Shown here piece after piece: positions 19,801 to 33,080 of a stretch of DNA of 64,000 nt. Below the pieces are notes generated by a model. The model worked only from the letters and a program-made list of their open reading frames with translations. It was not told the origin of the DNA and did no database searches. The DNA comes from Lepidodermella squamata (taxonomy: Eukaryota; Animalia; Gastrotricha): positions 1,318,139-1,382,138 of the forward strand of contig JBLDXI010000034.1 in assembly GCA_047495785.1 (NCBI GenBank), in the 5' to 3' direction. The translations under genes and the position numbers were made by a program. How positions within the stretch are numbered: the stretch's first letter is position 1; every line of letters starts with the position of its first letter.

Positions 19801-20579
19801 TGTGGCGAATTCTTCGTCGAATTCGTCTTCCTCGCTGTTATCGGCCGGCAATCGGTTATCGAGTGGATCCTCTCCATTTCAACAGGTGAGACAGTTTTAA
19901 TTTCCGTATAGTCTATCACGACTTGATTTTTTGTACCTGTGGAATTAGTCTCGTCCGTGGAAAAACACTTTTTATTAGAAAAATTGAGGAAATTATTCGA
20001 ATCTGTTTGCTGTCTTGAAAATAATGTTTACATGGTATACGTTGATTTTCCCTATTTTCCTCTAAAATTTGGCTTCGCCCGGTTTAGACTCAAACTTGGC
20101 TGATCGCTCTGTAGTTTGTATAATAAAATTCTGAGAATATTCCCAATGTAGCGCGTTTATTGGTGCGGAATAGAATTTAATTACCATGTGTTTTGCACCT
20201 AGTGATTAATTATTATCAGCCTTTTTTCGTCAAATAACGTTATGGGACGCTGAATGTCAAACGCGGGTGAAAAAATCGATAATTCAATAATCAAGTGACA
20301 TGTTCATGTATTTTTCAACTTTTAGTAATAATTTTCTTGTTAAAACTGCCTGGGGAGTTTTGTTGGGGATTTTTCAGCCTATATCAGGCTTTCTATTTTC
20401 CGATTCTCGACAAGTCGATTAAAATAACCATTTTGTAGAAATTGCTCTGTGTAATAACGTGAAAATTTGGTTAATTAATTTTTTTACTAGGCATTCATAA
20501 ATGTTTTTGCTGTTTTTTAAGGCCAGATGTTTTTTGAATGTTTACTTTTTATTTTCTTATTTAGGTTCGCCCCCGCTGA
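16805..20579 (+). CDS. RABL3: Rab-like protein 3 (exons 16805-16865, 16917-17036, 19179-19885, probable tiny last exon 20565-20579)
   Basis: [47 protein letters not shown] and [17 protein letters not shown] match the RABL3 pattern, with Ser-rich insertions. The last exon is less certain (read-through stop at 19900). Confidence 0.88.
17350..18010 (-). mobile_element. Degenerate Ty1/copia LTR-retrotransposon pol fragment (aspartic protease plus GAG-pre-integrase domain) in RABL3 intron 2
   Basis: [10 protein letters not shown] (copia protease); in shifted frames [17 protein letters not shown] and WHRRFGH...NLVDGL...CEPC. Frameshifted; no intact LTRs recognised. Confidence 0.8.
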
Positions 20580-20856
20580 TGTGACACTGCTGAGTAAACA
20601 AAGCCTATCTCTTTCGCCTTCCATTCCCAACCGAATCGTAAAATATTCTTCATAATTCATTATTTTTGTTGATATCATGGAAACATTCCATAATAATTAA
20701 ATTATGAAAAATTTGAATTTCAAACGATGAAATATGCATTTTATTTTCATTTTGTAGGAATATTAATAATAGATTTTTCCAATTTTTCCTGCTGGGATAT
20801 TTTGTGTTTTTGTGACAAAAAAAATCTCACGAAAAAATGGCTGATTCCCGGTTGAA

Positions 20857-23221
20857 ATGACGTCGGCATTGTGCGAGGCTGCGACATTGACACCCGAGCC
20901 TAATTTCAGCGACAACGCGACCGATCAACTGTCGAAAAGCCCGTCTTTCGTCGAGCAGCAATTCGTGCACGATGTGTACAAAGAAATCGCGCACTGCTTC
21001 ACAACGCCGGAGAACCGCCGATGGCCGAATGTTGTCAGCTTTCTGGACTCGCTAGACGACGGAGCACTGGTTTGCGACGTCGGCTGCGGCGATGGCAAGT
21101 ACATGGCGACCGAGGCTGCGCTCAATGGCAAATTAGCGATAATTTCTGTCGATTTGTGTGCCAATCTGTTGGAGTCTGCGGTGGCTTATGCCGAGAAAAC
21201 GCCGGCCTGTGACGTTGTGGCTTCGAATAACTTGTCGTTAGGTAAATTTTATGAATTTTATTCAAAAAATGGAAAGAATTTGTTAGAAATTTCAAAAAAA
21301 GAATGATTTTGAGAAATCCAAGTCACTGAGCTTGCTTACCACCAAACTCGGGTTTTCACGTCGAAATAATTTTCCTTTTAGTCCGATTTTAACTGGCGGT
21401 GGGGTAATGTGATATCTTCGTTTATCTCAATAACTTCATTAAAATCTCGCGGTTTAAAAATTTTACTTCCACTTATTAACCTTTTTTGGTTGAGTGGGCA
21501 AAGTTCACTTACAAAATTCTTAAAATTGCTGGTAAGGGTTCCATAAGGTCCAAAGGTCCATGAGATGTTGATTTTAAGAGGTTTCATTTTCATTCGTAAT
21601 TTAATGTATTTAGGTTTCCGAGATGGCTGCTTCGATGGCGTTGTTTCTGTCGGAGTACTGCATCATTTCTCGACCGTCGATCGGCGAGTTCAAGCTCTCC
21701 GCGAACTAGGCCGGCTGCTCCGACCCGACGGTGGTCGTTTGTTAGTCTACGTCTGGGCGCTCGAACAGCCGCGGCGCAATTTCTCAGCCCAGGACATTCT
21801 CGTCCCAGCCGACGTCGATGTGCCATCGCCTAGCCGCGGTCGCCTGAAAAAAGCGAGTTCAGTCGCGGTGACCCCCGAAACGGCATGGCCGGTGAAAAAT
21901 GGCCATCGCGTTGTGTTCGAGGAATTTCCTAACTGGCCGAATGGCAATAGCGCAATCAACGTGTCTGTCGATAATATTGTGAAAAAGCTCAACGACGAAA
22001 ACGGCTGTGTCACCAATGGCGATGTGGCGGCTAGCAGGAAAAGCTCATTATCAGCAGCTATGTAAGTGATTGCCTCGCTTTTCAGCTTCATACCGATCCA
22101 GCTTGTAGAATCGATCAAGTAAAAATTCAGGATTTTTCGATATCAGAAGTTTTAAAAACAAATAATAATTTGGCGGGGCCAAATATATACAGCATGCCCT
22201 ATAATTTTCTCAACCATTTTTCATTTTGCGAATTTTTTGAGGAAATGAAACTAATTTTTCGAAAAAATGCCCTCTGGGGGATTCTTTCATCCTTTATTTA
22301 AGATTTTACCGAAGAAATTTAAAATTGAAAACCCCAATGGTAACTGGTTTGGAAATTTTCGGTTTTTACCTGGCTGGATCAAATTTCTTCGGATTTTTTA
22401 ATCCCATTCACAAGAGACATTACTTTGTGACTATTCTTATGGCACTTTCTATTTTTCTGAGATTTTTCTGGCAATGACTGTCAAGTCTTTTACAGAATTT
22501 CTTGCTAAATTTGAAAATAATTTATTCAGAATAACGCTGGTCTATAATAATAGCTTTTCAAGTTCTGAACAGTGCTTTCAGGACCACTTAAATATTCCAA
22601 AAGCTGGTTTTCCTCACCCTTCCGGAAAAGGAGCGCCCCTTTTTAAAAATATTTTTTTTCATATTTCTTTTATTAATTTGTATCAAGTTGACTCATTAGC
22701 CAGAATTTTTAGACACGTCAATAAAATTACCCTATTTCATTTTTTTCAGTTCTGCACCGGAAACGAACCCTGAGCCAACGCCGTCGCTGTTTTCCCGCAT
22801 GTTGCCGCCATTCCTGCGATCGAAACGTGACAAAAGCCCGAATGGACTCGTCAACAAGCCTGCGAACAAAGAAGTGCCAGCTGAAACCCCGTCGCCAGTA
22901 GCTGAAGCAGCAAGTTGTGAAAATAACGAGCCGACCAGCCAACGTGCCCTCTACCGGTATTACCACGTGTTTTGCCGCGGTGAATTGGAGAGCCTAGTCG
23001 AGACGCTGAATCGCGAGTGCCAAGACCTCAGCGACGTCCACTGCACGAAAAAACCGCCGCATCGCCCGGTCACGACAGCCTCATCTCCGTGCTTAACCGC
23101 TGTTGAAACTAATTCGTCTAGTCCGATGTCAAGCCATCGCAATGTGAAATTGAACCTCAAAATCGTGCGATCGTTCTACGACCACGCAAACTGGGCTGTT
23201 GAGTTACAGCGCGTTTACTAG
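20857..23221 (+). CDS. TRMT9B: tRNA wobble-uridine methyltransferase 9-like protein (TRMT9B/ALKBH8 MTase family) (exons 20857-21241, 21614-22061, 22750-23221)
   Basis: EQQFVHDVYKEIAHCF, SAM motif DVGCGDGKY, SVGVLHHFSTVDRRVQALREL, YVWALEQ, YRYYHVFCRGELESL, SFYDHANW. A long low-complexity insert and no AlkB domain, as in TRMT9B. Confidence 0.82.
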
Positions 23222-25685
23222 TCAGAGATTTCACTTCATGGCCATCAATCGTCTTTTTTGTAATCTCATCATAGCTTTCGTTTCTAAATTTTCATGGCGT
23301 TTATCCGGTGAATTTTTAGCCGTGGTTCTTTAGTTTTCCTCTGCCATTTTTTCGAGTGAACTGACGATGTCTTCTTCATATAATTAGCTGATGTTTGGAA
23401 TGTTGTTGCGTTTTTCTTCCCGAATTTTACGTCCATAATGAACAATTCTCTTCGTTATATAGCTTTATGGTCTAAAGCATTCCACTCATGAAAAAATAAG
23501 AATCTGAAAACGCGTAATTCGATATAATAATTTTTCTCAGCCAAATTCACATCTTCCTCGATTTGTTGAATTACCAATTGCTTGATTTGATTTGATTGTT
23601 TTATCGGTCGCGTGAAATATTTCTCATTGTTGCTCACTTAATTTTCGTGACGGCTTTATTCTATCGACTCTCGGTTTTATTTTGATACAATATTCAGAGC
23701 TACTCTGCACGCGGGTTGTATTACTAAAGTGTTGTTGTCATACATAATATTTTGTTTCGGCTGTAATGTCGTGCGTTATTGACGGAATTCTACTATTTTT
23801 GATCTAATGCACACTGCTTGGCGGGTGAAGTAAAAATCTGGTTTTTTTTGAATAAAACTATAAGTGATCGAGTGCAGCGAACGTGAAATCAGTGGTGCGC
23901 ATCGAGGCGCGAAGATGCTGGCGTAAATATGAAAAATTGATGCAACGAGTGTCATCGATCGCCCGCCGGTGTTCTATTATCTGGCGACGTCTTGCGGCGT
24001 TGTTGGCTAAATGGGTTTTATAAAGACGCCGGCGTAAATAACGCGGACAGGTGTGCTAGTTGCAGCCGCCATTCAATGATATAATAACGGCTGGATAGTA
24101 TCGCCAATTTCCTGCGCGCCTGAAAACCAGGCGACTGATTGGTTGCCAATTATCGGCTCGGAAATGGGCTGATTTTACGTTATCCCCATAGCGCTGTGAG
24201 CAGCTGATCGTTTTTTCCATGAACAATAGGTACTCACTCTAATGCTGAACCGGCCTAATCCCGTCCCATGGGTTCGGACTTTGTTTTTGCGACTCATAAA
24301 AAGAGACGGCGGAGAGCAGGCCAAGTGGCTCGTTATTATCATGTCAGTATAGTAACCAATATTGCGCACAATACTAGCTGTTTTTCGCAATTAATATTAT
24401 TTGCTTATGTTCTGCTTATTACTGTTCTCGCTACATGAGCAGATATTCTTCCAATTATCAGCCTTTTACATCGAGGACATTTCAGGAAAACCCTCCATGG
24501 CGAAACGTCGATACGAATTTTATTAGGGAAATGACAGGTATTTCATTCCGTATTTGAACCTTCGTCTTTCATTAGTCAGCTTTATGAACAGTCGAGGACG
24601 TGGAAATCAGGGTGGTATGCCCGTAGCGACATTTGTATCTCGCATCATTAACTAACTACCTACCCACCGAAATATTTCGCGAAAAAACAAGCACAAAGTA
24701 GGTAACCTTCCGATGAGGTTCGAGGAAGAGTTAAGCTAATCCCGGATAGCCTCATCAACTGCATTTATTCCCTCGATCGAAAAGTTGAAAATGTTGATGT
24801 TTTGAAGCAAGGCTGGGCTCTCTGCCAATGCAATTGCATAACAACCTAGAGCTTCACCTGCAAAACAACCCCCCAGTTATGGTGTCTCATCAGGGTGGTT
24901 GGAAACTCCAGCCGTTATCGCAATTAATCATAATTATCAAGAATCAAGAATCAGCAGGCACTTGACCCATGCATTTCTCCAACTTCCCCAAAACTTACTT
25001 TTAGTAAAAATCGACGTTTGAAACTTTTCGAAAATGTTCCAATCCTTCAGTTTTCGCTTGCAGAATTTTAGGTACTTTATCTGATGGCACGTCGGTCATA
25101 GGCTATTTATAGCCATACAAATTCAAATCGCCCTTTCTCTGTAATCTGCAAACCTAGAACCTATGCAGTTTCTCGTCTCTGCGGTGAATCTGTCGCATTC
25201 AGTAATAGCTAGTCAGTAGTCAGCAGCTACAATCGAACAATTTATGGCGATTGCGCTTTATGAAGTAAAAATAGTCTGCATCGCGTGAAAATGAGGCGTG
25301 CTGGTTATAGAGGCGAGCCGTACACCCCCGTTGTTTATTTATACCGATGAAACCGATTACCTTGGCACGTATAACTAGAGGTCTCGACGCCTGTACTTTT
25401 TAAGCATTATTTACATAAGCAGGCGAATTGAGCTATGCGGAAGTTATCAGCGCGATCATGCGCGTTTCTTTCACTTTTTCGCCCATGCACCGCTAGTTGA
25501 GTATTGATGCATTGCCCATTCTGGAAAAAAGGAAACTGCCCGAATTATCGCAGTCTCATTTAAACCCTGTTGTCAAAACAAATCTTAGCTAGCAATAAAA
25601 TGCACTAAGAATCAAGACAATTTTCAGTTAATGCATATAATGTTGTGTCTTGTGTCTTGTTGTGCCCTCCTCAGTGATCAGATCG

Positions 25686-27507
25686 ATGCTGGCTGGTCTC
25701 TACTCGCACTGCACGGCACGTGTTACCTCTTGCCACAAATCGATTTTGTGTTTGCTGCTCTGCCCTCGCGCGCGATTTTCGTCCAGCAATGAGCTTCTTA
25801 TGATTAATATTTCACGAGGGCCCACTAGTACCACGCCGTATAGTAGAGGATTTGGAGAAACTCGTATACCGTCTTCGGTCCTCCAGGTCGAAATGCGACT
25901 TCGATGAGCTAATAATTACAATATTCCGAACACTCAGAAAACCGCCGGCTGAATTTATGATAAATATTTCCCATTCTATAGGCTTTGCATCTTTGTAAAC
26001 ATGAGACCACGGAAGAAGATTTCGGTGGCCACATTGATATTATAGCCAATAAATTGGGGCATGGTGACGCTGCAGTTTCAGTCGACGAAGGAAGTGCATC
26101 TCCTCACCACAACCGCTGCCATTTCCGTCTTTCTATGGGGCATGTCACTTAGCCACGTCCTAATCTATACGAACAACAGTAAAAAACTCCTTTTAACCTA
26201 GTTCTCCGATATTCACACCTGTTTTACAGAACTTCTTGTGCTCATTGCCATATTCTTTCTAATTATATGGGTAGCCTGCTTACTGGTGACAAGTGAGTTT
26301 GAGAATATTTGGGAATTTAATGGCGTTAATAAATTGTTCCTTAGTTTATAAACTCGTTCAGGTGTTCAGAAGAAAACGGCAAGAGGAAGCGAATCAAAAA
26401 CTGGCTACGAAAAGATGGCTTTGTTCCAGACCTTCTTCGGAAATAGGAACTAAAGTCGGCGAGAGCCAATCGCCCCCACCACTTCCTGTCCCCGCCACAA
26501 CAGCCCCGATCTCAATAACCTGCGTCTACAACATGCTAACAGTTAGCTACGTCTCAACACTATGGAGTTCCTTGATTATAGGCTCGAATCTCTTCCTATG
26601 CGTCGTGGTTTACATTGACGCAACTCGTGAGTACGCGCCTGCAGTATTGGGGTCAGAACCGCCGCCAGGTAGTGATTCTAGGGAGAACCAAGACGAATCA
26701 GATCCAACCTTCCTCACAAAACACATCGTCATACCTCTTATTGTCTACATAGCCTCTATTGTTGCCTGGATGTGCTCCATAATTTTTGGCAGTTTGCTAA
26801 ATCAACCCCTCGAGGATGGTGACGATGTCCCCATGTCATCGACGACTTCAGGTGGCCATCACGGCGGCGGGGATGACGCGTCAACCCTGCATTACTCGCT
26901 GAATTACGGAACTGGCCATGGTTTGCTTGCTCAACAAAGTCATCGGCAGTCAATGGCTAGGTCCGATTGTGAAAATATTAGAACTAGCATCCCGTCGCCT
27001 GGATCTGGGCCGACCCTCGACTGTGAGGAGAGGAAACAGCGGCAGCACACTGTTGTAGTCTCTTTTGCGAACAAAATAGTGACAAGTCAAGTAGCACCAG
27101 TCAGCCATGACCAACCCGCGAGTTTCGAGTATGGAATCGAAGGTCTTACAGAGGAACCTCAGGTCCAGTACCCTATACCCTACAGATCTCCGTCGAATCC
27201 TACTTTAAAACCTGTTTATGCGCGAGTTAGAGGCTACGGCGCTAACGAGCAGTCTTCATGTTCAACATTGACAGCTGTCTCGCCCTGTGAAGAAAGTAGA
27301 CCTATTGTCGCCAAAGTTCCGTTTTCAGTATCAGCCCTATCCAGCTTAACAACTAATTCTTCCGAATCATCTTCTGCCTATCCTTACAATGATGATCAGT
27401 CCGATGGCACTACGACAATCATTTTGACTACGGCAAAAAATGCTGCGGTTTCAATGTTACCGCCATCGCCGACTCGCCAAGGTATTCCGAGCTCACAAAC
27501 GTATTGA
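25686..27507 (+). CDS. Uncharacterised multi-pass membrane protein with long Ser/Pro/Thr-rich cytoplasmic tail; 5' exons uncertain
   Basis: A 404-aa ORF (26293..27507) has two hydrophobic segments. An upstream exon (~26202-26292, ELLVLIAIFFLIIWVACLLVT) splices in frame via a GTGAGT donor. Further upstream exons are guessed. Confidence 0.5.
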
Positions 27508-27759
27508 TACCCTTCTGCCTGGCTACCCTCTTTCATTTTACCTCATCAGGGAGTGAAAACTGGTTAAACTTGTTCGATTTATAGCGATTTTATACAATTT
27601 TTGTCAAGTCAAGCTTATTTTTTGTAGAATTTGCGCTTTGATAATAAAATCAGCTTTTGAATTTTCCGGTAACTTATTTATTTTCAATTTTGACTTTCAT
27701 TTGTCTGAAGAAAAGCAGATCGCTAATAAGCAGCCTAAAGTTATGTTATTCAAGGAGTT

Positions 27760-29165
27760 CTAACATTGGAGCTTTTGAATTTCGCCAATGCTGACGGGTT
27801 CGACAGCCTCGAGCTTCTGGCCCTTGCGATCAACGCAGTGGCAAACAGAGCCGATGCATTGAATGGGGTTGTAGTTGCCGAGATTGTCGCAGGAGAAGAG
27901 GAGGCCGACCATGCCAGTCTTCCTGAAATCAGCCTGAGCACGGGCGCATTCGCAGTCCATCTTCGAGGCGAATCCAACGTTAGCAGAGTGGCCGGTGGGG
28001 ATGCCCTGGCTGTCAACGCACTGGCAGACGGCTTCGCGGCACTGGCGAGGGTGGTACGAACCATCTTCGAGGCACTGAGGCTTGTGGCGACCGCCCATGC
28101 GGATGGTTGAGCTCTGTTGGATGAGTTCGACTTCACGAGCGCAAGCACCCTGTTCGACGGCTTGACGCTTGTCAGCAGCGCAGCTCAGGGTCGAGATCAT
28201 GTGGATCGGGACGGCTTCGATGGCTTCGAGACGCTGACCGACCTGGTCGACGCAGTGGCAAACAGAGCCGATGCACTGGACGGGGTTGTAGTTCCCGAGG
28301 GCGTCGCACGAGTAGGTGAGACCAACGAGGCCAACCATGCCCTTGCGCTGGTAGTCGGCTTGTTTGCGAGCGCATTCTAAAACAGAAAATTGTGATCATT
28401 GAATTCGACAATAAGGCATTTTTTTAATTTGTAGAAGGCATTGATTTAGTAGTTGAGACTCTGAGAGTAACTAGAAGTAGTAACTTGAAGCTTACCGCAG
28501 TTCATATCAGCAGCCTGGGAAATGTGAGCCGAGACTTCAGTCGGGCGGCCCTTAGAGTCGACACAGGTGCAGACAGAGCCGAAGCACTGGCGGGGGTGGT
28601 ACGAGCCATCTTCACGGCAGACTGGTTTCTTCTGGCCAAGACGAACCGGGCCCTGTTCGAGGAGCTCGAGCTCACGGGCGCAGGCACCTTGTTCAACAGC
28701 CTGGCGCTTCTCCTCACGCTGGGCGCAGGGGAGAGTGGAAATCTGGCTGATGTGAACTTCTTCAACAGCCTCGAGCTTCTTGCCCTTGGTGTCGACGCAG
28801 CGGCAAACTGAGCCGGTGCACTGGACGGCGTTGTAGTTGCCGAGCTCGTCACAGTCGAACATAAGACCGACCATGCCGGTCTTCAGGAACTCAGCCTGGT
28901 CGCGGGCACACTGGCAAGTCATTTTGTAGGCGGAGCCAACGTTAGCGGAGTGGCCGGTGGGCTTGCCCTGGGTATCGACGCACTGGCAGACGGCTTCACG
29001 GCACTGGCGGGGGTTGTACGAGCCATCTTCAAGGCACTGAGGCTTGTGGAGACCGGGGCGGGCGATCATGGAGGTGAGGCCCTTGAGCTCACGGTGGCAA
29101 GGTCCCATTTCAGCAGAGGCAACACCGCAAAACGCGGCGACGGCCAAACATACGATGAATTTCAT
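27760..29165 (-). CDS. Secreted protein with six thyroglobulin type-1 domains (thyropin; equistatin/saxiphilin-like protease inhibitor), ~428 aa (exons 29165-28496, 28376-27760)
   Basis: Signal MKFIVCLAVAAFCGVASA; six C..G.Y.P.QC....C.CVD..G units arranged as three pairs; 119-nt phase-1 intron; strong C-ending codon bias. Confidence 0.88.
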
Positions 29166-29219
29166 TCTAAGGTTATTGAAACTTGATCAATTGTGAAGAT
29201 TTAGGGGTTCCCCTAGCCT

Positions 29220-29227
29220 ATTTATAC
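29220..29227 (-). promoter_or_regulatory. TATA box of the thyroglobulin-repeat gene
   Basis: TATAAATA on the minus strand ~55 nt upstream of the ATG at 29165. Confidence 0.5.
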
Positions 29228-29781
29228 TGCTGGGTGCAGTCTGCGAAAACAACTGTCGGCATGTCGGAGCTTCCCACGCCGTGAGCATTTTTTTACCAGC
29301 TTCGTAATCGGTCTCGTGATTTTTGAGGGGGTAAGAAAAAACAAAAATAATAGAGCCTTATCGCATGGAAACACTACGTCTCACTGGGTGGGAAAGTTAC
29401 GCCCAGGGTTTTAGAACTGGTTTCATGCTGAAGGAATCCGTTTTGCAATGTCTGGTTTGTTATCTAACGCACGTGGATGAAATTCGTCGCATTCAAGAAC
29501 AAAACAGTGTCCCATGACGTCACACAGCGTCTGAAAGGAGGCAAATCATGGTGTGACTATTGCTATCTAAATGTAAATAAACAATAAAAAACTTGCACCT
29601 ATGGAAGAAGTTCGCTCAAAATTCGGCGAGGGCAAAATGGACAGAAAACACACTTCTCGAATTTCAAAACAGAAAACGTGACTTTATTAAATAATTTCGA
29701 GCGGCTGTTGTGTAAAAATAATTCTACCAGAAAAAGCAAACGGAAACAACAAAATATTCACCGGGAAAGGTTCATTCCCAC

Positions 29782-31563
29782 TTAGGCCTTTCTCGGATCA
29801 CTTCCTTGAGAGTTGACATTGGATTTGCCGTAACTTTTCAGGTATTCAACAACCTGAGTCCTTCCGAATCTCTCAGCATCATCGAGCGGCGAAAATCCCC
29901 AGCGATCTCGAGGCGATGGATTGCAGTGGCACTTCTCAAGGATGAACTTCACAACATCCAAATGCCCCTCAGCGGCTCCCAAATGCAAGGCAGTTCTTCC
30001 ATCATAATCTGACATTGAAATATCAAGTCCTTGAAGGTAGAACCTCCTCAGGGCCGAAACGTCGCCATTTGCAGCACTAAATAAGAGAGCTACGACTTGA
30101 TTCGACTGCGATTGAATTTCGCGCCGCCTGGGGTCGTATTTCTGCGAGCCAGAGTACCTCACATTATCGTAGTTGTGAAAATTGAAAACTCGGACTAGAT
30201 CTTCACAAAATTGGATGCCTCGAACCGAGTTGCCTAATTCGTCCAAAGGCGGGGACCAGGTGCAGATACCCATTACATTAGGGACTACTAACATGATACA
30301 TCCGGACACCCCAGATTTCGCAGGTAGACCAACTTTAAAGGCAAATTTCCCTGAGTAATCGTACATTCCACAGGAATGCATTAGGGACAACGTGTTTCGC
30401 ACAGCTTCACCAGCCAACACTCGCTCACCAGTTAGAGGGCAAATACCGCCATTTGCCAGTGTTGAGGCGATTACGGCGCAGGATTCTGCCGTCACGTCAA
30501 CCGAGCAGAATTGGAAGTAAAGATCTAATGTATCAGCCAGCTTAGCATTTTCTGGGAAAACCTTATTCTCCTGCATGTAGTAGGCCAAGGCGAAATTCCT
30601 ATCCGCTGTTTCTCGCTCTGATAGGAACGTAGAATTGCTGAAGCCGACGTACTCACCCCCAGCCAGTCGCCTATATTCGTTGAATACGTAGTCAAATCGA
30701 TCTGACATAGACCATTCAGTTTTCAGGAGGGAGCAAATAGCGATAGCTCCTGCATTAATCATTGGATTATGAGGCTTTTTGTGGTAATCAAGGCTCAGTT
30801 CATTGAAGGACCGCCCACTCGGCTCCTGGCCAACGTGAGAATGAACCTCCTCTGGAGTCAAATCATTCAAAGCAATCGCGTAATTCAAAGGTTTGCTCGC
30901 AGATTGGAGGCAAAACGGCACTTTTGTGTCTCCGATTGAGTATCGCTGACCGTCGACGGTGCAAACTGAGATAGCCCAGTAGTTAGGGTCGAACCGGGCT
31001 AGCTGAGGGATGTAACTAGCCACTTTACCACCAATATTGCTTCGACAGCTTTCGAAGAGATTGTCGATTGAACGGCAGAATTTGTTAAATTCAGGAATAA
31101 CGAATTCGCCCTCCAAGGCTTGGCAAATCAATTCACAATTTTCCTGTAACAATAAACCAAAACTTACATCGTAGCTCAAACGTGATAAATTGTAAATACC
31201 TGAATGCAGTCGATGAATTGATCACGGGATAGCTGTAAATCTTCGCTAATGCCACCCTCGTCACTTTCTTCAGAAGAATGTCCAGCACAAACTTTTAGTT
31301 TCTTGAAGAATTGTTTCAGTCGAGGATCTGATCGTCGTAGCCCGGTGTGAGTTAGCAGCTGGACAAATCTTGCCATCGAAACCATATGAGTGGTCTCATT
31401 CTTCAACAGCTCATACAGCAACTCCAACTTGCGAGAATCCGTCGCTGAGTTAAGCTCCGCGGAACTAAAGAAATAAGCCGAAGTTCAGCAATAAATTTGC
31501 CAAATTTGTGCTATCAACTCACATTTTAGTTATCGTTGCATTCAAGTCTTTGCTTCCAGACAT
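29782..31563 (-). CDS. GLS: Glutaminase with C-terminal ankyrin repeats (exons 31563-31523, ~31464-31200, ~31143-29782)
   Basis: GKVASYIPQLA, catalytic QSASKP, EPSGRSFN, NPMINAGAI, GMYDYSGKFAFKVGLPAKSGVSG; ankyrin DYDGRTALHLGAAEGH; N-terminal GLRRSDPRL segment. Confidence 0.95.
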
Positions 31564-33080
31564 TTTCAACAATATTTTTGGACAAAAATTGTTAGCAAAT
31601 CAGGTTGCCTGATATTCCACACAAGGACCAACCGCCAATTCACGCAATGCTTTGTGTAATCAAATAATGCGTTCAAAATAAATCGAAAACTAATCTCAGC
31701 GGAACTCTATTGCCAGCCTGCGGATTGTAAAAAACACGGTCAGTCAAAATGGTTCACAGCGTGCGTGTGCGACGGAAACTGCGAGGCTATAAAAGAGTTA
31801 TAGCGCTTGTATTAATACAATCGATTTTATTGGTCGCTGATGCATATGCAATAAATACTGCCGGATATATCCTGCATTTGCATGCTACATCTATGAATAA
31901 TGCGTAGTTTGTTTTATTCCGAAAGTGTCCGCTTTTGATCGATAACATAAACGAATGAATGAATGAAAGCAATGATTAGAAATGGCGTTGCTCTTCACTC
32001 CTCTTGATTTCGCCGCTTTTTGTGCCCTGTCGAGAGATTTCGAGCGAAGCTAATGGGCTTGCTGTGACGCTATATTGCGACAATGGGTCAATATTTGGCA
32101 AGAATTACTTCCCGTTTCGGCGGTTTTGCCCGCATCAAAAGGGTTCGATGTGGAATGGGTGGGAAACTGCAATAATCTAGGGGTGATCATTGCGAAAGCT
32201 GAGCGAATAGCGAAAATGAAGTTGAATGACAATGCGAAGAGAAATCAGGCAGGAAAAACTGCGGCCAACATGTCGATTTTGGCACACATCCGGACACAGC
32301 AAGTGAAATGTAGCTTTCATCGCTCAATTTCTTGAATCCTATTATAATATGTTAATTTCCATGCTTTCACTAAGAGTATTGCTATTATTACTCTTTTAAT
32401 CGATAAATCTCATTTTTGAGCTAATTTTGCGCTATAGCTGGCCTTTTGCCTATTTAAATATCAAGAATCGATTTCGCCCGAGAAAATGTTGCCACTATAT
32501 AAAACTAGAACCTCAATTTTCAACTCAAATCTTCGTACCGGCCCCAAGACTTCAGCCCAATCCAATGAGTCACCTATCCGCTAAGAATTTATTTAGCTCC
32601 GCGATTATCAGAACAATAAAGCAATAATATTCGCGCTGTTGTCGCTCATCTGTCATCGCCGTGCGGACCGCGCTCATTTGCCATTCCGGTGACACAAAAC
32701 CGCGATCGCGCACGCACTGACCCGCAAAGCATTGTTTGCAGTGCGCGGCTGCATCGCAGTACCACCACACCTATATATTCGCCCGAGCTCGCAGTTGCCT
32801 CGGGTAAAGGGTAAACAATTCGCATTCATTCACACAATTACATCAGCGCATTACTATATGCAATAATGGCCAGGTACATGTGCGCAAATATTAGTGGCTC
32901 TTGCTGCCCGTCTTATATAAGAAAAGCTAAGTATTCTGACGTTGACTTGTGGTTTCTGATTGCATTCTTAAGCTTTCGGAATTCTGCACACTCCTCATGG
33001 ATTTTGTGATGAATTGCCGCACAAACGATTACTCTTCTTATCATTTCTGACATTTCTTGTTCATTAGGATACTTGGTTTT

